Shown: positions 1 to 9,611 of the stretch, in pieces | Numbering within the stretch: position 1 is the stretch's first letter | Layout of the letters: each line of letters starts with the position of its first letter | Assembly: GCA_009779405.1 (NCBI GenBank) | Contig: WREI01000003.1 | Coordinates: 6,552-70,551, forward strand | Origin: Clostridiales bacterium | GTDB lineage: Bacteria; Bacillota; Clostridia; Christensenellales; CAG-138 | Length of the DNA stretch: 64,000 bases | Reading direction: 5' to 3' | Notes under the pieces: model-generated | Told to the model about the DNA's origin: nothing | The model's database searches: none | What the model saw: only the letters and a program-made list of their open reading frames with translations | Program-made: the position numbers and the translations under genes

Positions 1-1
1 G

Positions 2-643
2 GAACTGCCCAAGCCTACGCGCACCCTGACGCTGGATTTGACCGATTCCATCAGCTATAAGGCGTTCGCCTTGGCGCTGGAGATCAATCATGCGGAAGTG
101 ACGTTGCTTATCAAAGCGGCGGGCTTCGGTATCTTTGCGCATGCGACGGAGATCGATTTCCAAACCCAGTTAGATATGATCGACGTGAACACCAAGGCTC
201 TGACGGCCCTCACGGCCCTCTGTATTCCGTGTATGGAAAAGGGCGCGGCCATCCTCAATATGTGCTCCCTCAGCAGCTTTCAGCCCGTACCCTATATCAA
301 CGTATACGCCGCGACCAAGGCCTATGTCCTGTCCTATTCCCGCGCCTTGGGTGTGGAACTGCGTCCGCGGGGTGTACGCGTAATGGCCGTTTGCCCCGGT
401 TGGGTGGCGACGGAATTCTTCGACATCGCGGAAAAGGATCATCCGGGCGCCGTCCCGAACAAAAAACCGCTTTGGACAGCGGCGCAGGTGATCACAAAGG
501 CTCTGAAGGACTTCAAGAGGGGCAGGGAACTCAGCATACTCGGCTTCGGCGTGCGCGCGCAGGCGCTCTTGGTCAAACTCCTGCCCTATCGCTTGGTTAT
601 GCGCATCTGGATGGCGCAGCAGGGCATGGCAAGGAATAGGTAA
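2..643 (+). CDS. SDR-family short-chain dehydrogenase/reductase, 5'-truncated by the window edge
   Basis: The frame is open from nt 2. The translation carries the SDR core (NMCSLSSF, YAATKAYVLSYSRALGVEL = YxxxK, VMAVCPGWVATEF). Confidence 0.8.
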   Translation, partial: ELPKPTRTLTLDLTDSISYKAFALALEINHAEVTLLIKAAGFGIFAHATEIDFQTQLDMIDVNTKALTALTALCIPCMEKGAAILNMCSLSSFQPVPYINVYAATKAYVLSYSRALGVELRPRGVRVMAVCPGWVATEFFDIAEKDHPGAVPNKKPLWTAAQVITKALKDFKRGRELSILGFGVRAQALLVKLLPYRLVMRIWMAQQGMARNR

Positions 644-688
644 TATGTAATAATGCAGAGAGCATACACTTGTCCGAGGTGTTAGCAT

Positions 689-1594
689 ATGCGCCACTAC
701 GAAAGAGCAAAAAGAGAACGTGTCCGTCCGGGCTTTTTCGGGCGGCTTCTTATATTGGCTTTTTGGTCGCTTGTTCTATTTTTCGGCATCGTCTTGGTGT
801 TGCACTATTCCTTGGATACGATTCTGCCCGTGTATCACGCAACAGAAACTACGCCCGCACCAACGCCAAACCCCACGCCGATACCCGCGCCGCGGGTCTC
901 CCTGCGTCTCGCAGGGGCGGATATCATCCGCCCGTCGTGTATCCTCATCTACCATACCCATACCCGCGAAGCGTATGTCGACAGCCCCGACTGGCGAAGC
1001 ACTGACCAAACCAAGAGCGTCGTCGCCGTGGGCGCGGCACTGGCAGAGCGATTGCGAGACTGCTATGGATTCACCGTGTTCCACGATACCACAGATCATG
1101 AACCGCCCTCGCTGTCCACCGCCTATACCCGCTCCGAGCAAACCCTGTCCGCCTGCCTTGCAGAATACCCCGATATCCTGCTCGCCATCGACCTGCACCG
1201 CGATTCATTTTATGTAACGGGCGAGCCCACCACCGACTTCGCGCTTGTCGGCGACCGGGAATGCGCCCGCCTGATGTTTGTGGTGGGGGAGGGGGAGGGC
1301 TTCACGCAAAAGCCGGACTTCGTAACGAACCTCGCCTTGGCGGAAAGCATATGCGATTACCTGCTCGCCGTTTCGCCCAAGCTCGCCCGCCCCAACCGCA
1401 TCAAGGCGGGCCGCTACAACCAACACCTCGCGCCCCTGTCCCTACTGATCGAGATGGGACACAACGCCAACAGCTTGGAGCAGGCACTGTCCTCCATACC
1501 CTATCTGGCCGAGGGCGTCGCGCGGGTGTTCTATACGAATCATGTTTCATCAAAAGACGCAGTGCAGACACTTTCTTTGGTCCCGCAAGATTGA
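689..1594 (+). CDS. spoIIP: Stage II sporulation protein P-like amidase
   Basis: An N-terminal TM helix (FFGRLLILAFWSLVLFFGIVLVL) is followed by a core with ILIYHTHTREAY and AIDLHRDS, as in the SpoIIP family. Confidence 0.7.
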   Translation: MRHYERAKRERVRPGFFGRLLILAFWSLVLFFGIVLVLHYSLDTILPVYHATETTPAPTPNPTPIPAPRVSLRLAGADIIRPSCILIYHTHTREAYVDSPDWRSTDQTKSVVAVGAALAERLRDCYGFTVFHDTTDHEPPSLSTAYTRSEQTLSACLAEYPDILLAIDLHRDSFYVTGEPTTDFALVGDRECARLMFVVGEGEGFTQKPDFVTNLALAESICDYLLAVSPKLARPNRIKAGRYNQHLAPLSLLIEMGHNANSLEQALSSIPYLAEGVARVFYTNHVSSKDAVQTLSLVPQD

Positions 1595-1619
1595 CAATCC
1601 GCCCTCATACGAATAGAAT
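1591..1619 (+). promoter_or_regulatory. Sigma-A-type promoter for asd-dapA-dapB(-dnaE)
   Basis: TTGACA (1591-1596), a 17-nt spacer, then TAGAAT (1614-1619). It lies 35 nt upstream of the asd ATG. Confidence 0.45.
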
Positions 1620-1653
1620 ATATTTGTGAGAAGATTCATTTCAGGGGGTAATT

Positions 1654-2664
1654 ATGCAACGGCTCAAGATTGCAATCGTTGGCGCGACCGGCATGGTCGG
1701 CAGAGCTTTTTTGAAAGTATTGGAGGAGCGGGTTCTTGACGCGGATTATACCCTCTTTTCCTCCGCCAGAAGTGCGGGGACAGAGATTATCTTTATGGGC
1801 AAGCCCCATGTTGTGCAAGAACTGACGGAGCAAAGCCCTGCAGAGACCCGCGCGGATATCGCCCTCTTTTCGGCGGGCGGCGGCAACTCCGCGCGCTATG
1901 CTCCTCTGTTCTCGGCGGCGGGAACGGTCGTGATCGACAATTCCAGCCAATGGCGTATGGACAAAGATGTTCCTCTCATTGTGCCGGAGGTCAACGCGGA
2001 CGCCCTGCCCGATTATCAAAAGAAAAATATTATCGCTAATCCCAACTGCTCCACCATTCAGGCCGTGGTTGCCTTGAAGCCGCTTGCCGACCGCTTTGGC
2101 CTGAAGCGCGTGGTCTATTCCACCTATCAGGCGGTCTCCGGCGCGGGTTTGGGCGGTTATATGGATTTGGAAAACGGTTTGAAAGGTCTGCCGCCCCAAA
2201 AATTTCAGTACCCGATCGCGGGTAACTGCATCCCGCATATCGACGTGCTCTTGGACAACGGCTATTTCAAGGAAGAGCAGAAGATGATTGATGAGACGCG
2301 GAAGATACTCAGTCTGCCCGACCTGCCGGTCACTGCGACCTGCGTCCGCGTCCCCGTCTTCCATGGACACAGCGAGAGCATCAATATTGAACTGAACACG
2401 CCCTTTGAGATGGACGAGATATTCGACGCCCTGCGCAATGCGCCAGGTCTCGTTGTACAGGATGACCCGAAAAACAATCTGTATCCCCTCGCGATCACCG
2501 CCGCCGACACGGATCCCGTCTATGTCGGTCGCATACGCCGCGACTTTTCCGTTGCGAACGGCATCAACCTCTGGTGCGTGTCGGATAATATCCGCAAAGG
2601 CGCCGCGACCAATGCGGTGCAAATCGCGCAAGCACTAATCAAATATTGGGAGGAAAGAACATGA
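1654..2664 (+). CDS. asd: Aspartate-semialdehyde dehydrogenase
   Basis: 336 aa. It has the Rossmann N-terminus IAIVGATGMVG and the active-site motif NPNCSTI. The length and layout are typical of Asd. Confidence 0.9.
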   Translation: MQRLKIAIVGATGMVGRAFLKVLEERVLDADYTLFSSARSAGTEIIFMGKPHVVQELTEQSPAETRADIALFSAGGGNSARYAPLFSAAGTVVIDNSSQWRMDKDVPLIVPEVNADALPDYQKKNIIANPNCSTIQAVVALKPLADRFGLKRVVYSTYQAVSGAGLGGYMDLENGLKGLPPQKFQYPIAGNCIPHIDVLLDNGYFKEEQKMIDETRKILSLPDLPVTATCVRVPVFHGHSESINIELNTPFEMDEIFDALRNAPGLVVQDDPKNNLYPLAITAADTDPVYVGRIRRDFSVANGINLWCVSDNIRKGAATNAVQIAQALIKYWEERT

Positions 2665-3545
2665 GCATATTTCAAGGCTGCGGAACTGCAATTGTCACGC
2701 CGTTCCGAAACGGCGAAGTGGACTTCAATGCCCTCGGCAGGCTGATAGACTTCCAGATCGCAGAGGGCATCGACGCCATCGTCGCCTGCGGTTCCACGGG
2801 CGAGGGAGCCACTCTTTCGCCCGCCGAAAAGAAAGCTGTCATCGCTTTCATGGTACAGTGTGCTGCCGGGCGCGTCCCCGTCATCGCGGGCACGGGCGGC
2901 AATGACACCGCCGCCGTCATCGCCCAGAGCATCGCCGCCCAAAACGCGGGCGCGGACGCCCTGCTGGTGGTAACACCATACTATAACAAGACCTCCCAGC
3001 GTGGCCTTGTGGCGCACTATGCGGCGGTTGCGGCCACGGTGACTATCCCCATCATCATCTACAACGTACCCTCCCGCACGGGGCTGAACGTCCTGCCCGC
3101 CACCATGCGCGAGCTGATGCAGATTCCCAACGTCGTTGGCACCAAGGAGGCCTCAGGCAATATAGAGCAGATCGTCAACCTCGCGGCCCTCTGCCCCGAC
3201 TGCGAGCTCTATGCGGGCAATGACGACCATGTGCTGCCCATACTCTCGGTCGGCGGCAAGGGCGTAATCAGTACGGTTTCCAACCTTATCCCGCGCGATA
3301 TGCACCAGCTTTGCACCGCATTCTTTGCGGGCGACATAGAAAAAGCCCGCGCCCTGCAATTCAAGATACTGCCGATTTGGAAGGCGGCGTTTTCCGATGT
3401 CAACCCCATTCCTCTCAAGGCTATGATGGAAATGGCTGGCCATTGCACAGGTGAATTGCGCCTACCGCTGATTCCCGCCGACGCGGCGAATATGGCGAAG
3501 ATCAAAGCAGCGTTGCAAAACTATGACTTAATACTAGGAGCGTAA
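2661..3545 (+). CDS. dapA: 4-hydroxy-tetrahydrodipicolinate synthase
   Basis: The start is placed at ATG 2661 (ATGA overlap with the asd stop; MSIFQGCGTAIVTPF). Motifs are GSTGEGATLS, YNVPSRTG and GTKEASG. Confidence 0.9.
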   Translation: MSIFQGCGTAIVTPFRNGEVDFNALGRLIDFQIAEGIDAIVACGSTGEGATLSPAEKKAVIAFMVQCAAGRVPVIAGTGGNDTAAVIAQSIAAQNAGADALLVVTPYYNKTSQRGLVAHYAAVAATVTIPIIIYNVPSRTGLNVLPATMRELMQIPNVVGTKEASGNIEQIVNLAALCPDCELYAGNDDHVLPILSVGGKGVISTVSNLIPRDMHQLCTAFFAGDIEKARALQFKILPIWKAAFSDVNPIPLKAMMEMAGHCTGELRLPLIPADAANMAKIKAALQNYDLILGA

Positions 3546-3546
3546 T

Positions 3547-4308
3547 ATGAAAAGATTATTGATCAACGGCATAGCGGGCCAAATGGGGCAGGCGCTCCTG
3601 CGCGCCATCACCGAGCAGAACCAGGGCTTTACGGTCGTCGCCGGTGTCGATATCCGCCCCATCAGCGCCAGCGTCCCCGTCTACGCATCCGCCCAGCGGG
3701 TGGACGTTCCCTACGATATGGTCATAGATTTCTCCACCCCCAAGGCCTGCGTGGACACCTTGCGCCACTGCGAGAGCATAGGCTGTCCCATAGTGATTGG
3801 CACGACGGGGCTCTCCAAGGACGATCTGCTGGAAATCCATAAGGCGTCCATCCAAATCCCCGTCTTCCACTCCTCGAATATGTCGCTGGGCGTCAACTTG
3901 CAGATCGCATTGGTGAAGACAGTCGCCCGCGCACTGGGTCTGGACGCGGATATAGAAATCATCGAAAAGCACCACAACCAAAAGGTGGACGCGCCCAGCG
4001 GCACCGCGTGGATGCTGGCGAATGAAATCGCGCAGAGCATGCCCGAGCCCATGCATTTTGAGCTGGCGCGTTGCGAAAACGCGCATAAGCGCGACCCGCA
4101 CGAGATAGGCATCCACTCCATACGCGGCGGCACCATTGCGGGCGAGCACGAGGTGATGTTTATGTGCCGCGATGAGGCCATCACCATCAAGCACGAGGCC
4201 TTCAGCAAGCGTGTGTTCGCTACGGGCGCGCTGCGGGCGGCCATCTATCTGGCGGAGAAGCCTGCCGGGCTCTACACTATGCAGGATTTGGTCAGTGACA
4301 CGGAGTAG
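3547..4308 (+). CDS. dapB: 4-hydroxy-tetrahydrodipicolinate reductase
   Basis: It carries the signature EKHHNQKVDAPSGTA and starts 2 nt after the dapA stop. Confidence 0.9.
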   Translation: MKRLLINGIAGQMGQALLRAITEQNQGFTVVAGVDIRPISASVPVYASAQRVDVPYDMVIDFSTPKACVDTLRHCESIGCPIVIGTTGLSKDDLLEIHKASIQIPVFHSSNMSLGVNLQIALVKTVARALGLDADIEIIEKHHNQKVDAPSGTAWMLANEIAQSMPEPMHFELARCENAHKRDPHEIGIHSIRGGTIAGEHEVMFMCRDEAITIKHEAFSKRVFATGALRAAIYLAEKPAGLYTMQDLVSDTE

Positions 4309-4309
4309 C

Positions 4310-7300
4310 ATGCAAACCGCCTTTACACATCTGCACGTCCATACCCAGTTTTCCCTGCTGGACGGTGCGGCGCGCATCAACGACCTTGTGGCGCGGGCCA
4401 AGGCCCTGGGGCAGACGGCCCTCGCTATCACCGACCACGGCGTTATGTACGGCACCGTGGATTTTTATCGCGCCTGCGTCGCCGCCGGTATCAAGCCCAT
4501 TCTGGGTATGGAAGCCTATGTCGCGGCGCAGGGTATGACGCAGAAGACGGGTGCCGACCGCGAGAATGCGCACTTAATACTCCTCGCAAAAAACGAAGCC
4601 GGTTGGCGCAATTTAATGTTCCTATCTTCCGAAGCGTTTATTCGCGGTTTCTATTACAAGCCCCGCATTGACTATAATCTATTGGAACAGCACGCGGAGG
4701 GGCTTATTTGCCTGTCCGCCTGTCTGGCGGGCGATATACCCCAACACCTATTGCACGGGCGGGATGAACAGGCGCGCGCCATCGCCATACGCTTACAACG
4801 CCTGTTTGGCGAGGATTTTTATATCGAACTGCAGAACCACGGCATCCCCGAGCAGCTGGAAGTTTTACCGAAGTTGGCCGCGCTGGCGAACGAACTGCAA
4901 ATCAAAACCGTCGCCACAAACGATATTCATTATGTCAACAAGGACGATGCGGAGGCACAGGACGTCCTGCTCTGCATCCAAACCCTCACCACCGTAGATG
5001 AGCCGAATCGCATGCGTATGTCCGCGGAGGAGTTCTATCTCAAATCTTACGACGAAATGCTTATAGCCCTGCCCGATTATCCCGAATCGCTGGCAAACAC
5101 GCAGGAAGTTGCCGATAAATGCGATTTTGATATCGAATTCGGTGTGCGCCGTATGCCGGAGTTCAGCATGCCCGCTGACGCCGCTGGCACGGATAAGCCC
5201 GCCTATCTCCGCGCCCTCTGCACGCAGGGTCTTCTGCGCAAAATGCCCTGGGCGGGGCAGGAGGAATGGGAACGACTAAAATTCGAACTTTCCATCATTG
5301 AGCGCATGGGCTTTGTGGATTATTTCCTCATCGTATGGGATTTTATCCGCTTCGCAAAGACGAATGATATTATGGTCGGTCCGGGCCGCGGCAGCGGCGC
5401 GGGCAGCATAGCGGCATACGCGCTGGATATCACGGACGTAGACCCCATCGCGAACAACCTGCTCTTTGAGCGTTTTCTCAATCCCGAGCGCGTGTCCATG
5501 CCGGATTTCGATATCGATTTCTGCTATGAACGCCGTCAGGAAGTTATCGATTATGTCGCCGAAAAGTATGGCGAAGGGCATGTGGCGCAAATTATCACGT
5601 TCGGAACCATGGCGGCGCGCGCTGTCATACGCGATGTGGGCCGCGCGCTGCGTATGCCCTATGCGGATGCGGACAAGCTGGCCAAGGCAGTGCCCTCCAT
5701 GCTGAAAATCACCCTCGCGGACGCCCTTCGCATCTCGCCCGAACTGCGCAAGCTGTATGAGGAGGATGAAAACTGTAAGAAGGTCATAGACCTTTCCATG
5801 AAGTTAGAAGGGCTCCCGCGCCATTCCTCCACCCATGCGGCGGGCGTTGTTATCTCCGGCCAGCCACTCGTCCATGTCGTACCCCTGCAAAGCACAGAGG
5901 GACAGCTGACCACCCAATACCCCATGACAACCCTGGAAAAACTGGGGCTGTTGAAGATGGATTTTCTCGGCTTGCGCACCCTCACTGTCATCCGCGACGC
6001 CCTCGATTTCATCCACGCGAGCGGGCAAACGCCGCCCGATTTCTCCGGCAACGATTTCTCGGATCCCGAGGTATACAAAATGATCGCCCGCGGCGAGACG
6101 GAGGGTGTGTTCCAATTGGAAAGTGCGGGCATGACCCAGTTCATGACCCAATTGGTGCCGGACTGTTTTGAAGACTTGATGGCGGGCATCGCCCTGTATC
6201 GCCCCGGCCCCATGGGTTCCATCCCCAAATATATCCGCTGCAAGCACCACCCAGAGGAAGTGCGCTATGCACATCCGCTCTTGGAGCCCATTTTGAAAAG
6301 CACCCACGGCTGTATGATTTATCAGGAGCAGGTGATGCAAATCGTGCGCGATCTGGCAGGCTATTCCTACGGGCGCTCCGATATTGTGCGCCGCGCTATG
6401 AGCCATAAGGAGCATGATGTCATGCAGCGGGAGCGCGCCGCCTTCGTACACGGCATCGAGGGCGTGCCCGGTGCCTTTGTGCACGGTGTCCCCATACCGG
6501 TCGCTGAAAGAATCTTCGATGAGATGATGGACTTCGCGTCCTACGCGTTCCCCAAGCCGCATGCCGCCGCCTATGCCGTGCTGGCCTATCGCACAGCTTA
6601 TCTGCGCCGCTATTTCCCCACGGCCTTCTTTGCCGCCATGATCAACAGCTATATGGGCAGCTTGGAAAGTGTGGCGAACTATGTCTCCACCGCCCGTCGG
6701 CTGGGGATAACCGTCCTGCCGCCGGATGTAAACAAGAGCGCGCCGCGCTTCTCCGTCGAGGGCAAGGCCATACGCTTCGGTCTCTCCGCCGTCAAAAATG
6801 TCGGCACGGCGGTGATGCGCCAATTGGTGGAGGAGCGCACGTGCAACGGCCCCTTTACAAGCTTTTCGGACTTTACCGAACGCACGGATGGCCTGAATAA
6901 GCGCATGATGGAAAATATGATCTATGCGGGTTGCTTCGACGCTTTCGGCGAGACGCGCTGCACGCTCTTTGCCAATTTCGAACGCGTGATGGATGCGGCG
7001 GCAAGCCGCAAAAAGGCCGCAGCTGCGGGGCAAATGTCCCTCTTCGACTTCGGCGATACCGCTCTCCCCACGCAGGCAGCGCAACCCCCTTGGGACAGGT
7101 TAGCCGAATATCCGCCCAAGCAGCTCCTGCAATATGAGCGCGAAGCGACAGGTCTCTACCTCTCCGGGCATCCGTTGGACGCGTATGGGATGGCGCTTCG
7201 CGCCCTGCCGCATCAGGTGACGGAGCTGGCCGAAGCGGACGGTGAGAGCGGCACACGGGACAATGCTGTCGTCCTCGTGGGCGGTATGCTCACGCAGTGC

Positions 7301-7741
7301 AAGCAGCGCCCCACCAAGAACGGCAGCGGCATCATGGGCTATGCCATGCTGGAGGGCATCGCGGGCAGTGTGGAGACCGTCCTCTTCCCGCGCGCATTAG
7401 AAAACTGCAACCGCCATTTCCACGAGGACGCGGTCGTCTCCGTGCGCGGCCGCCTGAATATACGCGAGGACAGAGCCAATTCGATAGTAGTGGACGAGCT
7501 AACCTCGCTGGCGGCGGATGGCAAATCCCTGTATATCAAAATGCCCCGGGACGACCTCATCGCCATGGGCCGCCTGCGCAATATCTTGACGCGCTTCCCC
7601 GGCGCGGCACCCGTCATACTGGTAGATCCCCAAACCCGCAAGGCCAGAAAAGCCCCGGAAGCCTGGAACATCACTTGGAGCGAGAGCTTAATGGGTCTGC
7701 TCACACAGGAATTCGGCGTGGAGAACGTGTTGTATAAATGA
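4310..7741 (+). CDS. dnaE: DNA polymerase III alpha subunit
   Basis: ATG 4310 gives MQTAFTHLHVHTQFSLLDGA (PHP domain N-terminus). The 4172 start in the ORF track would overlap dapB. Motifs are GPGRGSGAGS and PDFDIDF. Confidence 0.9.
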   Translation: MQTAFTHLHVHTQFSLLDGAARINDLVARAKALGQTALAITDHGVMYGTVDFYRACVAAGIKPILGMEAYVAAQGMTQKTGADRENAHLILLAKNEAGWRNLMFLSSEAFIRGFYYKPRIDYNLLEQHAEGLICLSACLAGDIPQHLLHGRDEQARAIAIRLQRLFGEDFYIELQNHGIPEQLEVLPKLAALANELQIKTVATNDIHYVNKDDAEAQDVLLCIQTLTTVDEPNRMRMSAEEFYLKSYDEMLIALPDYPESLANTQEVADKCDFDIEFGVRRMPEFSMPADAAGTDKPAYLRALCTQGLLRKMPWAGQEEWERLKFELSIIERMGFVDYFLIVWDFIRFAKTNDIMVGPGRGSGAGSIAAYALDITDVDPIANNLLFERFLNPERVSMPDFDIDFCYERRQEVIDYVAEKYGEGHVAQIITFGTMAARAVIRDVGRALRMPYADADKLAKAVPSMLKITLADALRISPELRKLYEEDENCKKVIDLSMKLEGLPRHSSTHAAGVVISGQPLVHVVPLQSTEGQLTTQYPMTTLEKLGLLKMDFLGLRTLTVIRDALDFIHASGQTPPDFSGNDFSDPEVYKMIARGETEGVFQLESAGMTQFMTQLVPDCFEDLMAGIALYRPGPMGSIPKYIRCKHHPEEVRYAHPLLEPILKSTHGCMIYQEQVMQIVRDLAGYSYGRSDIVRRAMSHKEHDVMQRERAAFVHGIEGVPGAFVHGVPIPVAERIFDEMMDFASYAFPKPHAAAYAVLAYRTAYLRRYFPTAFFAAMINSYMGSLESVANYVSTARRLGITVLPPDVNKSAPRFSVEGKAIRFGLSAVKNVGTAVMRQLVEERTCNGPFTSFSDFTERTDGLNKRMMENMIYAGCFDAFGETRCTLFANFERVMDAAASRKKAAAAGQMSLFDFGDTALPTQAAQPPWDRLAEYPPKQLLQYEREATGLYLSGHPLDAYGMALRALPHQVTELAEADGESGTRDNAVVLVGGMLTQCKQRPTKNGSGIMGYAMLEGIAGSVETVLFPRALENCNRHFHEDAVVSVRGRLNIREDRANSIVVDELTSLAADGKSLYIKMPRDDLIAMGRLRNILTRFPGAAPVILVDPQTRKARKAPEAWNITWSESLMGLLTQEFGVENVLYK

Positions 7742-8832
7742 AAAAGATGCCTGCTATTCTGATAGTTGTTTTCTTCATCGTCTGTGGCTGTATGCCCGCG
7801 CCCTCGGAGCAGCCACTACCCGACACCCCGCTGCCAATGCCGACGGAAGCACCCATATCCCAATACCTCTGCTTCATTGCAGCAAACGAAAGCGAATTCG
7901 AGCAATATCTTTATCATGGAATGCTTGCATTTTGCGGGATGCATGAACTCCGCCACGGCTACTATCACGAACCGATACCCATGGATGCTGTCCATGCAGC
8001 GGCTTCCGACGGTGCAACTGTGATTGTGGCGGGCGGATTATGGTTTGAAGATGTTTTCCAATACGCGCAAGGCTTATACCCCCATATCCAATTCCTCCTG
8101 ATGGATGCCGAGCCGTATACGTTCGAATTGCCGTTCCACATAACGCAGAACACCCACGCCGTATTATTTTGGGAGGAGCAGGCGGGATTCCTGGCGGGCT
8201 ATGCGGCGGTGCAGACCGGGTACACGCAGTTGGGCTTCTTGGGCGGCATGGCGGTACCCGATGTCGTCCGCTATGGATATGGCTTTGTGATGGGTGCGGA
8301 TGCGGCGGCGGTGGAGTTGGGGATTACTGCGGACGTCTCCATCCGATACTGGTATGCAGGTAGTTTTCAGCCAAACGATGCAACAGAAGCGAGGATGGCC
8401 GAGTGGTATGCGACGGGTACAGAGCTGGTGTTCTGTTGCGGCTTGGATATCTATGATTCCTGTCTCGCCGCGGCGGATGTCACAGGCGGCAGAATTATAG
8501 GGGTTATGGGTACGGAGTTTGTTCGTGCGGCAAACGGCATCTCCGCTGTCGGCAACGCAATCCTGCACACGCCGCAGGCCTTGATCCAAGCCCTCACGAC
8601 ATTAATGCAGAACGATTGGCGCTGGCCGGAGACACACGCGGGCAAAACCGCAGTACTCGGCGTGGTGGAGGGTGCTGTTGCGCTTGCCGTAACGGAAGAC
8701 GGGTGGCGCTGGCGCGACATCACGGCCGAAGCGTATGACGCGCTGCTGTCCAAGCTGGCATCGGGTGAGCTACATGTAGATTACAATGACTGTGGCCATT
8801 TTGCCACCATACATGTAGATTATCAGGATTAA
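7738..8832 (+). CDS. BMP-family (PnrA/Med-like) substrate-binding lipoprotein
   Basis: ATGA overlap with the dnaE stop. Lipobox at ILIVVFFIVCGC. The core FLAGYAAV...LGFLGGMAVPDVVRYGYGF is typical of BMP-family proteins. Confidence 0.65.
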   Translation: MKKMPAILIVVFFIVCGCMPAPSEQPLPDTPLPMPTEAPISQYLCFIAANESEFEQYLYHGMLAFCGMHELRHGYYHEPIPMDAVHAAASDGATVIVAGGLWFEDVFQYAQGLYPHIQFLLMDAEPYTFELPFHITQNTHAVLFWEEQAGFLAGYAAVQTGYTQLGFLGGMAVPDVVRYGYGFVMGADAAAVELGITADVSIRYWYAGSFQPNDATEARMAEWYATGTELVFCCGLDIYDSCLAAADVTGGRIIGVMGTEFVRAANGISAVGNAILHTPQALIQALTTLMQNDWRWPETHAGKTAVLGVVEGAVALAVTEDGWRWRDITAEAYDALLSKLASGELHVDYNDCGHFATIHVDYQD

Positions 8833-8896
8833 CGGTTTTCAAAATACACATTCTATGCTACAATCAGCTTGTACATTATTGTAAGGAGATTTGCTT

Positions 8897-9610
8897 ATGA
8901 AACCCGCCAATATCACGCCGCACATCGGCTGCAGCCCCGAAGATTTTGCGAAAACTGTCTTGATGCCGGGGGACCCCCTCCGCGCGAAGATGATTGCAGA
9001 GACCTATCTGACCGATGCCGAACTGGTGAACAATATACGCGGCATACACGGCTACACGGGCTTCTATAAGGGCAAGCGCGTATCCGTTATGGCCAGCGGC
9101 ATGGGCATGCCGAGTATCGGCATATATTCCTATGAGCTCTACAACATGTTCGGCGTGGAGAATATCATCCGCGTCGGCTCGGCGGGTTCCATACACCCCG
9201 ATCTGAATGTGTATGACATCGTCATCGGCGCGGGCGCTTGCACGAACTCGGCCTTTGTCTCGCAGTATCGTCTGCCCGGCAGCTTCGCGCCCATCGCGGA
9301 TTACGGGCTGTTGCGCAAGGCGGCGGACGAGTGCGCGAAGCGTGGCCTAAAGCATATGGTCGGCAACGTGCTCTCCTCCGATACCTTCTATGACGATTCC
9401 CTCTCGACGCTGGAATGGCGCAAGATGGGCGTGCTGGCCGTGGAGATGGAAGCGGCGGCCCTTTATTGCAATGCCGCGCGCGCGGGCAAAAAAGCGCTCT
9501 GCATCTGCACGATCTCTGACACCATCGAGGGCGGCGGCGTCACCACGGCGGAGGAGCGGCAGAACGCCTTCCACGCTATGATGCAGGTCGCGCTCGAAAT
9601 TGCGGAATAG
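8897..9610 (+). CDS. deoD: Purine nucleoside phosphorylase, DeoD type
   Basis: ATG 8897 lies 8 nt after AAGGAG. Motifs are GDPLRAK, VMASGMGMPS and LAVEMEAAAL. Confidence 0.85.
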   Translation: MKPANITPHIGCSPEDFAKTVLMPGDPLRAKMIAETYLTDAELVNNIRGIHGYTGFYKGKRVSVMASGMGMPSIGIYSYELYNMFGVENIIRVGSAGSIHPDLNVYDIVIGAGACTNSAFVSQYRLPGSFAPIADYGLLRKAADECAKRGLKHMVGNVLSSDTFYDDSLSTLEWRKMGVLAVEMEAAALYCNAARAGKKALCICTISDTIEGGGVTTAEERQNAFHAMMQVALEIAE

Positions 9611-9611
9611 T

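Noticed and set aside
1636-2631. A 331-aa ORF antisense to asd. Similar long antisense or alternate-frame ORFs elsewhere include 3556-4455(-), 5804-7084(-), 13117-14121(-), 16601-17821(+), 24521-25483(+), 26419-27657(+), 42383-43156(-), 46992-48776(+), 52030-53052(+), 57111-58337(+) and 59630-60457(-).
   Set aside because: They lie fully inside confidently recognised genes on the other strand or frame. They are Arg/Gly/His/Pro-rich low-complexity translations, which is typical of high-G+C antisense frames. They also lack Shine-Dalgarno sequences.
4172-4309. N-terminal extensions offered by the ORF track. Examples are dnaE from 4172, cinA from 23403, pgsA from 24659, the ABC ATPase from 38336, secE from 41093, ireB from 49064, ruvX from 49458, the deacetylase from 49973, the PstS-like gene from 57217 and the PIG-L gene from 59441.
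   Set aside because: The extensions overlap upstream genes or promoters. They also lack the family N-terminal sequence. In each case an internal start with a Shine-Dalgarno sequence reproduces the canonical N-terminus.
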